DNA of 64,000 bases, taken from an uncultured delta proteobacterium (lineage in GTDB: Bacteria > Desulfobacterota > Binatia > UBA9968). Made by a program: the position numbers and the translations under genes. The notes under the pieces are model-generated. The model was given only the letters and a program-made list of their open reading frames with translations. It was not told where the DNA came from and made no database searches. Position 1 is the stretch's first letter. Each line of letters begins with the position of its first letter. This document shows, one piece after another, positions 40,276-48,905 of the stretch. The stretch spans positions 736,001 through 800,000 of the forward strand of contig CAVSHR010000005.1 in NCBI GenBank assembly GCA_963727625.1, in the 5' to 3' direction.

Positions 40276-41658
40276 TTATTCGCTTTTCGCTTCTTCCTCG
40301 TGAACCAGCTCGCGCATCTCAAAAATCGAAATCATCGGCAGCAGGCGAATGAAAATAAACAACAGACAAACGAAAAGGCCAATCGAGCCCGCGAGCACCG
40401 CATAGTCCACGATCGTGCCCGAGTACATGCCCCACGCCGACGGCATAAAATCTCGGTGCAAGCTGGTTACGACGATGACGTAGCGCTCCAGCCACATGCC
40501 GATGTTGACCGAAATCGCGATCACAAAAAGGATAAAAACGTTAGTATGCAAGCGGCGAAACCAGAGCGCCTGCGGAATCAGAATGTTGAAGAGAACCAGC
40601 AGCCAATACATCCACCCGTAGGGACCGAACATACGGTTCATCATCATGTACTTTTCGAAAATATCGCCGCTGTACCAAGCCATGAAGGTTTCCATCAAAT
40701 AGCCGTAGGCAACGATCATCCCCGTGGCGAGCATGACGATGCCCATGTTTTTCAGATGGCGCAGGGTGATGAAGTCTTCGAGCCCGTAAAGCTTGCGCAA
40801 CGGGATGGCAATCGTCAGCACCATGGCGAAGCCGGAATAGATTGCACCGGCGACAAAATAAGGTGGAAAGATCGTCGAGTGCCACCCGGGCACGAGCGCC
40901 ACGGCAAAATCGAAACTGACAACGGTATGAACGGAAACCACCAGCGGCGTGGCCAGACCGGCCAACAGCAAATAGGCCATCTCGTAGCGATGCCAGTGGA
41001 TCGCCGAGCCGCGCCAGCCCATCGCCAACATGCCGTAGATAAAGCGCGGCACCCGGCTGCGTGTCCGATCCCGCAGCGTGGCGAGATCGGGAATGAGTCC
41101 CAAGAACCAAAAGAGCAGCGAAACGGTGAAGTAAGTGGAAACCGCAAAAACATCCCAGACCAACGGACTGCGAAACTGGGGTTGAATCGCCATGGTGCTC
41201 GGGTAAGGAAACAGCCAATAAGCAAACCACGGCCGGCCGAGATGGAGTATGGGGAATAATCCGGCGCAGGCGACGGCGAACAGCGTCATCGCTTCGGCGA
41301 AACGATTGATCGACTGGCGCCACTTCTGCCGCAGCAATAACAGGATCGCCGAGATCAACGTTCCCGCATGGCCGATGCCGATCCACCAGACAAAATTGAC
41401 GATGGCAAATCCCCAAGCCACCGGGATCATGATGCCGAACAGGCCAACGCCGACGGAAATGATCGCCGCGATACAAAAGAAAAGAACCAAAACCAGGACG
41501 AACGACAGCGCAAAACCGACGTACCAGAAGCGCGGTGTTCGGCGAGTCAGAACGATGGAGCTGATCTTGTCGGTAATCGATCCCAGGGTATGGCCGGGCT
41601 CGATGATCGGCAAAGAGCCGGCGGTGTTGGTCCTTTCACCCTGTTGGTCTGTGGCCAT
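40276..41658 (-). CDS. actC: Alternative complex III quinol-binding subunit ActC (NrfD family)
   Basis: NFVWWIGIGHAGTLISA, RFAEAMT, HLGRPW, SPLVWDVFAV, SVHTVVSFDFA, MWLERYVI. Confidence 0.93.
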   Translation of the reverse strand: MATDQQGERTNTAGSLPIIEPGHTLGSITDKISSIVLTRRTPRFWYVGFALSFVLVLVLFFCIAAIISVGVGLFGIMIPVAWGFAIVNFVWWIGIGHAGTLISAILLLLRQKWRQSINRFAEAMTLFAVACAGLFPILHLGRPWFAYWLFPYPSTMAIQPQFRSPLVWDVFAVSTYFTVSLLFWFLGLIPDLATLRDRTRSRVPRFIYGMLAMGWRGSAIHWHRYEMAYLLLAGLATPLVVSVHTVVSFDFAVALVPGWHSTIFPPYFVAGAIYSGFAMVLTIAIPLRKLYGLEDFITLRHLKNMGIVMLATGMIVAYGYLMETFMAWYSGDIFEKYMMMNRMFGPYGWMYWLLVLFNILIPQALWFRRLHTNVFILFVIAISVNIGMWLERYVIVVTSLHRDFMPSAWGMYSGTIVDYAVLAGSIGLFVCLLFIFIRLLPMISIFEMRELVHEEEAKSE

Positions 41659-41662
41659 GGGT

Positions 41663-44600
41663 CTATTCGTTCTCGATTTCCGGATTGGGATTTCTCAGCT
41701 TCGCCCCGTAGGTCGTCCGCGGTTTGGTGTTCAGCTCGGCGAGCAGGCCATAGTTCAGGGGCCGGGATTTCAGTTTAACCACGTGGCTGTCCGGTTCGTT
41801 GATGTCGCCAAAGACAATCGCCTGCGTCGGACATGCCTGCTGGCACGCCGTAACGATTTCGCCGTCGCGCACTCGGCGGTCTTCTTTTTCGGCGCCGATC
41901 TTCGCCTGATTGATGCGCTGCACGCAGTAGGTGCATTTTTCCATGACGCCGCGCGAGCGCACGGTCACATCGGGATTCCGCGAAAGCTTCAAACTCTCGG
42001 TCTTAAAGTCGCTGTAGAGAAAAAAATTGAAGCGGCGAACTTTGTACGGGCAGTTGTTCGAGCAGTAACGAGTGCCGACACAGCGATTGTAGACCATGTC
42101 GTTCAGCCCCTCGTGGCTATGATTGGTGGCACCCACCGGGCAGACCAACTCGCAAGGCGCATTTTCGCATTGCATGCACGGCACGGGCTGATGATAGGTT
42201 TGCGGATTATTCAGATCGCCTTTGTAATAACGATCGATACGGATCCAGTGCATCTCGCGGCCGCGCATCACTTCCTTTTTGCCGACCACCGGTCCGTTGT
42301 TTTCGGCTTCACAGGCGACCACGCAGGCGTTGCAGCCGATGCAAGCGTTGATATCGATGGACATACCCCAGGCATAGCCGTCATATTTGAAGCCCGGATA
42401 AAGACTTTCCGCGTGTTCCACTTCCCCCGCCATTTCGTGGACAAACTTCGGATTCTTGCGATATTCATCCAGCGTGCCGACACGCAGCAGATGACGCCCT
42501 TCCATCAAGTGGTGAAACTGTGTGCAGGCGAGCGGATAGCGCTCGCCGGTTTTGCGAAGGCGCAGCCCCGCCCCCTGTGAAACAGCGGACGAGGTTAACA
42601 GCGCGGTCGCGTTGAAGCCGAGATTCGTTCCAACCTTGCCCGCTCGCGTTCGCCCGTATCCTAAGTGCAGCGTCACGCAATCGTCGGCGTGGCCGGGTAA
42701 AATCCACGCTGGCCCGCTCAGCTTTCGCCCGCCATGCTCCAGCTCGACCACGTCTGCGTGAAGGGTTCCATGTTCCCCGCCGGTCGAACCGATCTGGTAT
42801 GAAATCCCAAACTTCTTCGCCGTCGCCGGGCTGATGAGTACGGCATTGTCCCAAGTGATCTTGGTGAGCGGCTTAGGCAACTCCTGGAGCCAGCCGTTGT
42901 TGGCAAAGCTGCCGTCGAGGATCGTCGGATCGCAGCGCAAGATGAACTCCAGAGACCTCTCCGCATCGGCCGCCGGACTCTTGGCACGGAGCGCGGCGTC
43001 CGAGTCTTGCGCCTCGAAACTCCCGGCAACTTTGATTTGCACCGGCTTCGGCCCGAAGGCGGTGCCGGCCACCACGCCATCGTGCAACGCCAGGCGCCAT
43101 GCCGCATCAAAATTTTTGCCGGACAACTGGCGGCGCCAATAGTCACGCACGATCTCGTAGCTCGATCGTCCCGGGTTACCGACGACGGCGGCGAGAACTT
43201 CATGCGCCGTGCGCCCGCCGTAGATGGGCGCGATCAGCGGCTGCAAGATCGTGGCGGTGCCGTCAAACGCGCGCACATCGCTCCAAGACTCCAGGTAATG
43301 GGCTTCCGGGATATGCCAGTGACACAACGCCGAGGTTTCATCGTCGTAAAGCGATAGATGGACGTTGAAATTCGATTTCACCAGGTGCCCGGCAAAGTCG
43401 AGATCCGCCGGCGCGGTGTACACCGGGTTGCCGCCGATCATGATTAGCACCTGCACCGTATTGGCTTCCATGTCGCGCACCAGATCGCGCAGTGATTCGA
43501 TTTGATTGATCGGATTCGCGACGACGGAATCCGTGTAGATCACGGTGGCGCCAACGTTTCCCAAGGAGTGATTCATCGCGTGCGCGAGAGCGTGAACGAT
43601 GGGCGGCTGTTCGTCCCCCGCCAAGATAATGCTGCGGCCTTGATGGCGCTGCAGATCACGGATCAAAGCGCCCAGCCATTTTGCCTGCGGTTTTGAAATA
43701 TCCGGCTTTTCTCCGGCGGCTTGCAAGCCCAAACCATTGGCGAGCAGGCGGGTAAAAGCCTCGATGGCGCTCGGACCGAGAGCGAGCCGATGATCAGCCA
43801 TCGCACCGGTCACGCTCGGCGCGCTTTCCACGGAATAGAGTCGGTTCATTTGGGCCTTGGGGCCGTCGACCCGGCGCTTGCTTGCAAAGTCGCGCGCGTA
43901 ACGAACGCTGCCGGGACCGTGAAATAAAAAATCCGCGTCGATGGACAGGATCACGTCCGCGGCATCGAACCGATAAAGCGTTTCGACGACGGCGCCGAAA
44001 GCGAGCCGTGAACCTTTTTGAGCAGAATCTCTTGGCAACGCTTCATACTGATGCCACTTGGCTCTCGGATACTTGGTCAATAGCTCTTTGAACTGCTGCG
44101 CCAAAGTCGGCGAGGTCACTGTCTCCGTTAAAATACGCAACCCCGACCCCTGGCTCAGACGCTGCGATTCGAGCTCCGTGTTGAGCGCCGTAAAAAACCC
44201 ATTCCACGTGCTGATGCGACCCGCGTTGTTGATCGCATGGGAGCGATCCGGATCGTAGAGGCCGAGCACCGAAGCCTGCGTAATCGCGTCCGTCGCGCCG
44301 AGACTTGCGGGATGTTCCGGGTTTCCCTCGACTTTGGTCGGTCGGCCCATATGGCTTTCGACCAGCACGCCGCGCCCGAAGCCGCGCAGCGGCATCGCCG
44401 TCGCAAAATAAAGCGGTTTTCCAGGGACGATCTCCTCGGGTTGCTTGACGTAAGGGACGATCTTTTCATCCGGCGGGGCCGGGGCCGAGCTCACGCAGCC
44501 ACCCAGGCCGGCCAGCGCAAGCGATGCGCCCATCAGCTTTAAAAAATCCCGCCGGTCCACGGCGTCGAGCCACGCCGCGGCATGACGCGGAGCTTCGCGA

Positions 44601-44710
44601 CTGACCAGCTCTTTGAACTCCGCGCTGTCGGCGAGTTCTTCGAGACAGCGCCAATACTCTGGACCGCGCGCGCCGGAAAGACGCTGGCGAATGGCCTTTA
44701 GATCGTGCAC
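41663..44710 (-). CDS. actB: Alternative complex III subunit ActB (molybdopterin-oxidoreductase-like domain fused to Fe-S domain)
   Basis: YWRCLEEL, Tat RRDFLK, GRPTKVEGNPEHP, C-terminal CIGCNACVVAC, CMQCENAPCELVCP, CVGTRYCSNNCPY, CTYC...CQQACP. Confidence 0.94.
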   Translation of the reverse strand: MHDLKAIRQRLSGARGPEYWRCLEELADSAEFKELVSREAPRHAAAWLDAVDRRDFLKLMGASLALAGLGGCVSSAPAPPDEKIVPYVKQPEEIVPGKPLYFATAMPLRGFGRGVLVESHMGRPTKVEGNPEHPASLGATDAITQASVLGLYDPDRSHAINNAGRISTWNGFFTALNTELESQRLSQGSGLRILTETVTSPTLAQQFKELLTKYPRAKWHQYEALPRDSAQKGSRLAFGAVVETLYRFDAADVILSIDADFLFHGPGSVRYARDFASKRRVDGPKAQMNRLYSVESAPSVTGAMADHRLALGPSAIEAFTRLLANGLGLQAAGEKPDISKPQAKWLGALIRDLQRHQGRSIILAGDEQPPIVHALAHAMNHSLGNVGATVIYTDSVVANPINQIESLRDLVRDMEANTVQVLIMIGGNPVYTAPADLDFAGHLVKSNFNVHLSLYDDETSALCHWHIPEAHYLESWSDVRAFDGTATILQPLIAPIYGGRTAHEVLAAVVGNPGRSSYEIVRDYWRRQLSGKNFDAAWRLALHDGVVAGTAFGPKPVQIKVAGSFEAQDSDAALRAKSPAADAERSLEFILRCDPTILDGSFANNGWLQELPKPLTKITWDNAVLISPATAKKFGISYQIGSTGGEHGTLHADVVELEHGGRKLSGPAWILPGHADDCVTLHLGYGRTRAGKVGTNLGFNATALLTSSAVSQGAGLRLRKTGERYPLACTQFHHLMEGRHLLRVGTLDEYRKNPKFVHEMAGEVEHAESLYPGFKYDGYAWGMSIDINACIGCNACVVACEAENNGPVVGKKEVMRGREMHWIRIDRYYKGDLNNPQTYHQPVPCMQCENAPCELVCPVGATNHSHEGLNDMVYNRCVGTRYCSNNCPYKVRRFNFFLYSDFKTESLKLSRNPDVTVRSRGVMEKCTYCVQRINQAKIGAEKEDRRVRDGEIVTACQQACPTQAIVFGDINEPDSHVVKLKSRPLNYGLLAELNTKPRTTYGAKLRNPNPEIENE

Positions 44711-44735
44711 CTTGTCGCTCCTCTGCGTTTTCCTC

Positions 44736-45386
44736 TTAGCGATGGCAAGTCGAGCAGCTCGTCAGTTTTTGTATCTTGTATTCTTTGACCAATTTCTCAC
44801 CCAGCGCAATTTGATCGGCCGGCTGCTGATAGTCCATGTCGAATACATACTCGCGCGGCCGCACGTAACGTTCCGGCGCGCGGTGACATTCGAGGCACCA
44901 GTCCATGTACAGGGTGTTTTCACGCCACATAAGCGGCATCTTGTCGACCCGGCCGTGACAAGTCGAACAGCCAACACCTTTGTGAATGTGAATGCTGTGG
45001 TCGAAGTAGACGAAGCCGGGCAGGTTGTGCACGCGCGTCCATTGAATCGCTTTGCCGGTGCGAAAACTGTCCCGCACCGGCTCCAAAACCGGACTATCCG
45101 ACCAGATCTGCGTGTGGCAATTCATACAGGTTTTGGTGGGCGGGATGCCCGCGAAAAAACTTTCTTCGACGGAAGTATGGCAATAACGGCAATCGATACC
45201 GTCGTCACCGACGTGATGCTTGTGACTGAACGGCACAGGCTGGCCCCGCGCCACGCCAACCTCGGTAATGTAAGGGGATTCGTTGATTGCCGCGACCGCG
45301 GCCACTAAGGCGACGACGAGTAACACACCGCCAAAGATGGTGAGTCTGGAGATCGTGTTTGTGCTTGGATGAAATATCTGGGCCAT
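44736..45386 (-). CDS. actA: Alternative complex III pentaheme cytochrome c ActA
   Basis: N-terminal TM, QPVPFSHKHH, five CxxCH motifs (CRYCH, CMNCH, CSTCH, CLECH, CSTCH). Confidence 0.93.
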   Translation of the reverse strand: MAQIFHPSTNTISRLTIFGGVLLVVALVAAVAAINESPYITEVGVARGQPVPFSHKHHVGDDGIDCRYCHTSVEESFFAGIPPTKTCMNCHTQIWSDSPVLEPVRDSFRTGKAIQWTRVHNLPGFVYFDHSIHIHKGVGCSTCHGRVDKMPLMWRENTLYMDWCLECHRAPERYVRPREYVFDMDYQQPADQIALGEKLVKEYKIQKLTSCSTCHR

Positions 45387-45779
45387 CGGCTTTTACCAAG
45401 CTGCTGGCCGGGAACGCGTGCTCAAGAGCAAAATCCTCTGCAGTCGTAATTCCCGCGTCCGAACATGAAACTCGCGACGCGCGTTGACCCAATCGTCACG
45501 CGCCAGATTTTCAAGAACTGATGATCTTCGCGACTCCCAAATTCACATATGCGGTTCAGTATTGATCCTACACCCGGAGTTTTTGCCGTCAATAACTCTC
45601 CAGATCAAATTAGCAATAGACCACTGTGAGCTATACTGGTGTCAGCAGCTAGCCGACCGAGAGGGTTGTTTAGCGGCACCGGGTGACACTCGCATCTTGG
45701 CGATTCGCCATTGCGCGAGGAGCGTAAGCAACCCTGGGGCATCAACGAAACTAGGAAGAGCACCCGTCGAACGAAAGTT

Positions 45780-45803
45780 CCCGTCGCAAGCCCATGCGAC
45801 GGG
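45780..45803 (-). terminator. 9-bp hairpin, possible terminator
   Basis: CCCGTCGCA-agccca-TGCGACGGG, with a weak U-tract (AACTTTCGTT) on the minus strand. Confidence 0.35.
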
Positions 45804-45943
45804 GTGGAAATTTAAAAACTGATGATTACCCGAAGACAGGCCGTCGCAACAGCGGGCCCGTAGAGAAGAATACTTCGAGAGTCGGCGAGTTCAATCGCCG
45901 GATCGGTAAGGAAATGTCATGATCGAATCCGCCGGATGGCTAG

Positions 45944-46171
45944 TCAATTCCACGTGACCATGTCCGTGATCACGATTTCTTCTGAAGAAACCAAAGAGCG
46001 GGTGCCGTCATCCCAACAGACATTGACCAACTGGCCGCCCTCGCCTTCGAGCTCATAGACGATCGTTCCTTCGGTCGCGGCGCCGATGGTGCCATCAATA
46101 TCGAGGATTTCGCTAGCCGCGCGACAGCGAAGTCCCTTGAGACTGACATCTATCATTCCTTGCGCCTCCAT
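45944..46171 (-). CDS. Small acidic hypothetical protein (SH3-like beta barrel?)
   Basis: 75 aa with a beta-strand pattern: TEGTIVYE...LVNVCWDDGTRSLVSSEEIV. Confidence 0.6.
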   Translation of the reverse strand: MEAQGMIDVSLKGLRCRAASEILDIDGTIGAATEGTIVYELEGEGGQLVNVCWDDGTRSLVSSEEIVITDMVTWN

Positions 46172-46334
46172 CGATTCATAAATCTAAAAATGCCCTTTTC
46201 CCCTTTTAAAAATTGGCACTCTAATCATGAATAAATGGTCAATTCAAGCCTGCAGCGATTAAAACCTAAGCCTGTCTTCGCAAGGCGGTGAAGCCGTTAA
46301 AATTTTCCAACTTTTTGAAATTAGGTTTCACTTC

Positions 46335-46351
46335 ATGGTACAGGCTTTGCG
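46335..46351 (+). promoter_or_regulatory. Sigma54-like promoter with no downstream plus-strand CDS
   Basis: ATGGTACAGGCTTTGCG = GG-N10-GC with TTGC; IHF-like site (minus strand TTTCAAAAAGTTG) at 46308-46320. Confidence 0.45.
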
Positions 46352-46502
46352 GACGCCGCGAGCAGGACATTTGCTCCACCACCACGGCCATCCGCGCCGC
46401 GGTAGGACACAATCCAGACTGAGGCCCGAGCCTATTCAACGGTTCAAGTGAACCTCTGGAAGGATCTAAAGCTTCCGAAGAAATTTATCGAGCAGGGAAA
46501 AC

Positions 46503-46889
46503 TTAGAAAAGGCGGAAACCGCCAAAGCCATATTCTCCGATCGGCTTCCCGGTTTTGGCGTCGAAGATATCGATGAGCATGAATTTGTCCGGATGACCGG
46601 CGAGAAAGTGAGAGAATGTGTCTATAAACTCTTCCTGGTGCGTGGCGTCGGCATGCATAAAACCTTCGCCGACATAAAGCCGGTGCGGCCGTTTGGTGCT
46701 GTCCAATCTAACCCAATAGCGAGAGCCGTTGGCTCCAGCTTTGTCTAACCACTTTCGATATTGGGCAACCCGAGCGTCGATCTCCTTGAAACTGATATTT
46801 TCAGCCGTCGCAAACGTCGGAAACAACAATGCGGATGCTAAGAGGAAAATCTGAATTCTTCCTAGCACCCGCATTGAGAACTCTCCCAA
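46503..46889 (-). CDS. Secreted hypothetical protein
   Basis: Signal-peptide-like N-terminus (FLLASALLFPTFATA-E) and globular domain ending GEYGFGGFRLF. Directly downstream of ompA; the start may be the internal ATG (MRVLGR). Confidence 0.75.
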   Translation of the reverse strand: MGEFSMRVLGRIQIFLLASALLFPTFATAENISFKEIDARVAQYRKWLDKAGANGSRYWVRLDSTKRPHRLYVGEGFMHADATHQEEFIDTFSHFLAGHPDKFMLIDIFDAKTGKPIGEYGFGGFRLF

Positions 46890-46902
46890 CTATCCTTCTT
46901 TT

Positions 46903-47622
46903 CTAGTTAACTTTAACTTCAACTCGGCGGTTCTTCGCCCGACCTTCTCGAGTCTTATTGTCCGCAATCGGCTTGCTTTCGCCGAACCCTTGTCCGGATA
47001 CGCGATTCCCGGCAACGCCCTTCTTCACGATATAGTCTCTGACCGAATTGACGCGCCGTTCCGACAGAGCCTGGTTGTAAGCTTCCGTGCCAATGCTGTC
47101 GGTGTGACCGGACAGGGACACTTTCTTATCTTTGTTCTCGTTCATGAAGGTGACCAAGCGATCCAAGATCGCCGCGGCTTCCGGTTTGATGTTGCTCTTG
47201 TCGAAGTCGAAAAGAACATCATCGAGGATGATCGTCCGCTCAACCCTTGGTGCCGGCTTTGGCTTTGGTGCCGGCGGCGGCGGAGGCGGCGGCGGAGCCG
47301 GTCTCGGCTTTGGTTTGGGACGCGGCTTTGGTGCCGGCGGCGGCGGTGGTGGTGGAGCCGGTTTAGGTTTTGGCTCCTCCGCCAGTAAATAAGCTAATCC
47401 ACCGCAAATGAGAGCCCCCGTCACTGCGCCGATCGCTGCGCCTGCCCCTTCGTTGCGACGGTCGCCAACGTTATGCCCTACGGCACTTCCCCCGGCACCG
47501 CCTACAGCACCGCATACGGCGGCGCCTGTAAGAGCCGCCTTCTGCTTATAGGTCATCCCCGCGCAACCAGACGATAGGAAAAACCCGGCCGCAATCAGCG
47601 CTAGATGCTTATTCTTGCCCAT
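46903..47622 (-). CDS. OmpA-family peptidoglycan-binding lipoprotein with glycine zipper and Pro-rich linker
   Basis: Lipobox LSSGC, GAAIGAVTGA zipper, poly-Pro linker, LFDFDKS, GHTDSIG..YNQALSERR, NRRVE. Confidence 0.93.
   Translation of the reverse strand: MGKNKHLALIAAGFFLSSGCAGMTYKQKAALTGAAVCGAVGGAGGSAVGHNVGDRRNEGAGAAIGAVTGALICGGLAYLLAEEPKPKPAPPPPPPPAPKPRPKPKPRPAPPPPPPPPAPKPKPAPRVERTIILDDVLFDFDKSNIKPEAAAILDRLVTFMNENKDKKVSLSGHTDSIGTEAYNQALSERRVNSVRDYIVKKGVAGNRVSGQGFGESKPIADNKTREGRAKNRRVEVKVN
47246..47375 (-). repeat. Low-complexity Pro/Lys codon repeat (two poly-Pro blocks)
   Basis: Encodes PKPKPAPPPPPPPAPKPRPKPKPRPAPPPPPPPPAPKPKPAP. Confidence 0.8.
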
Positions 47623-48262
47623 CTATGCCTCCCAGCAAAATTAGTGTAAAAAGTTTCATCCAAACTAAAATAGGATCAGTTCAATGTCAAGCAGTTTCTT
47701 ATATATCTTTCAAATACCGCAATGCCCATTTCAGAGGTCTTTTGCCCCGCTAGTTAATGATCTTATAGCTCTTTTGTCAAGAATTTTTGGCCCCAAACCG
47801 GTATGAAAGCCAGAATTTCAAAATCAAGACGCCCACTAGCAAAACGCTAAGACCTTTGGTCGAGGTCGGCGCGGCGGATTTTATTGACCCTCGCGGGTCG
47901 GACAGAACGGACCCGGGAAAAAAATCGAGGGTGAACCCGCGATCGCGACGCGTTCAAAACACGCTGCTTGCCGCCGCTGGGGCAACCCTTTGGCGCGGGC
48001 CGCGACTCTGGCATCTATCCCAAGCACGCCTAAGCACGGCAATTTTTTGACTCCATTATCAGAAGGCACTGGCAGGCGTAAGCAAGTCAAAGAACTTTTT
48101 TGCGGCCCAAACTTGAAGATCGTCATTTTTGCTTGCCAAGCCATACAGCAATCCGCCCTTCGCAATTCATCGTCGTCTCGGAATCACTATGGCACCGTCG
48201 CATTCCGAGAAAGCATCATCCCGATCGCGCCAGACAACAAAGCGAGATCCATATCATCCAAC

Positions 48263-48694
48263 TCAATTTAGATTCGACGTGCAGTGCGCACATTTTGTCG
48301 CGTTGACAGGAATCGCGGACAGACAATGCGGGCAATCTTTGGTGCTCGGCGCCGCTGCCGGCGCCGGTCGCTGCATCCGATTGATCTGTTTGATGAGCAG
48401 GAATATCGCAAACGCAATGATTAAAAAATTAAGAATGTTATTAAAAAAGATGCCGTAATTGAGCGTCGCCGCCCCCGCCGCCTTGGCCGCCGCCACGCTT
48501 GGATATTCCTTGCCGGATAAATTGATGAATAGATTTGAAAAATCCACGTTGCCCAAAGCTAAACCGATGGGCGGCATAAGCACGTCCTCGACGAGCGACG
48601 CCACGATCTTACCAAACGCCCCACCGATCACGACGCCGACGGCCAAATCCACGACGTTCCCCCTCATGACAAAAGCTTTAAACTCACTATACAT
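48263..48694 (-). CDS. mscL: Large-conductance mechanosensitive channel with C-terminal CxxC-CxxC motif
   Basis: [42 protein letters not shown], tail CPHC...CAHC. Confidence 0.95.
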   Translation of the reverse strand: MYSEFKAFVMRGNVVDLAVGVVIGGAFGKIVASLVEDVLMPPIGLALGNVDFSNLFINLSGKEYPSVAAAKAAGAATLNYGIFFNNILNFLIIAFAIFLLIKQINRMQRPAPAAAPSTKDCPHCLSAIPVNATKCAHCTSNLN

Positions 48695-48905
48695 TTTCCT
48701 CTCCTTTCCAATAATCCGATTGATCCCTCGCGCTCAGTTAAAAGGGGCAATCCGTGGGAAGCTTATATGTCATGGAAAAATGTGATGTCAATCCAATGGG
48801 CAGACAACTTGGATAGATTTGGACAGTCTAAGAGATGTGCCAATGAACTTAATCGATTGGCGCAAAATCCAAGCTTAAACTTCGGTTGCTGAGCCATTTT
48901 TCAAC

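Noticed and set aside
40021-42580. 412-aa and 443-aa plus-strand ORFs antisense to actD/actC/actB
   Set aside because: Antisense shadows of conserved genes; no recognisable domains.
42951-43020. Weak period-7 G pattern in the variable ActB linker (GSFEAQDSDAALRAKSPAADAER)
   Set aside because: Only one position is periodic; could be chance in GC-rich DNA.
46213-46240. TTGGCACTC resembling a CIRCE half-site or sigma54 -24 box
   Set aside because: No right CIRCE arm and no GC at -12.
46330-46380. Minus-strand GCAAA...GCAAAGCC resembling a c-di-GMP-I riboswitch; nearby TTGAACC resembling 6S RNA
   Set aside because: No GNRA-capped P2 stem or P3/receptor, and no long 6S-like rod with central bubble.
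48827-48843. Minus-strand TTGGCACATCTCTTAG upstream of mscL as a sigma54 promoter
   Set aside because: Good -24 box but -12 reads AG instead of GC.
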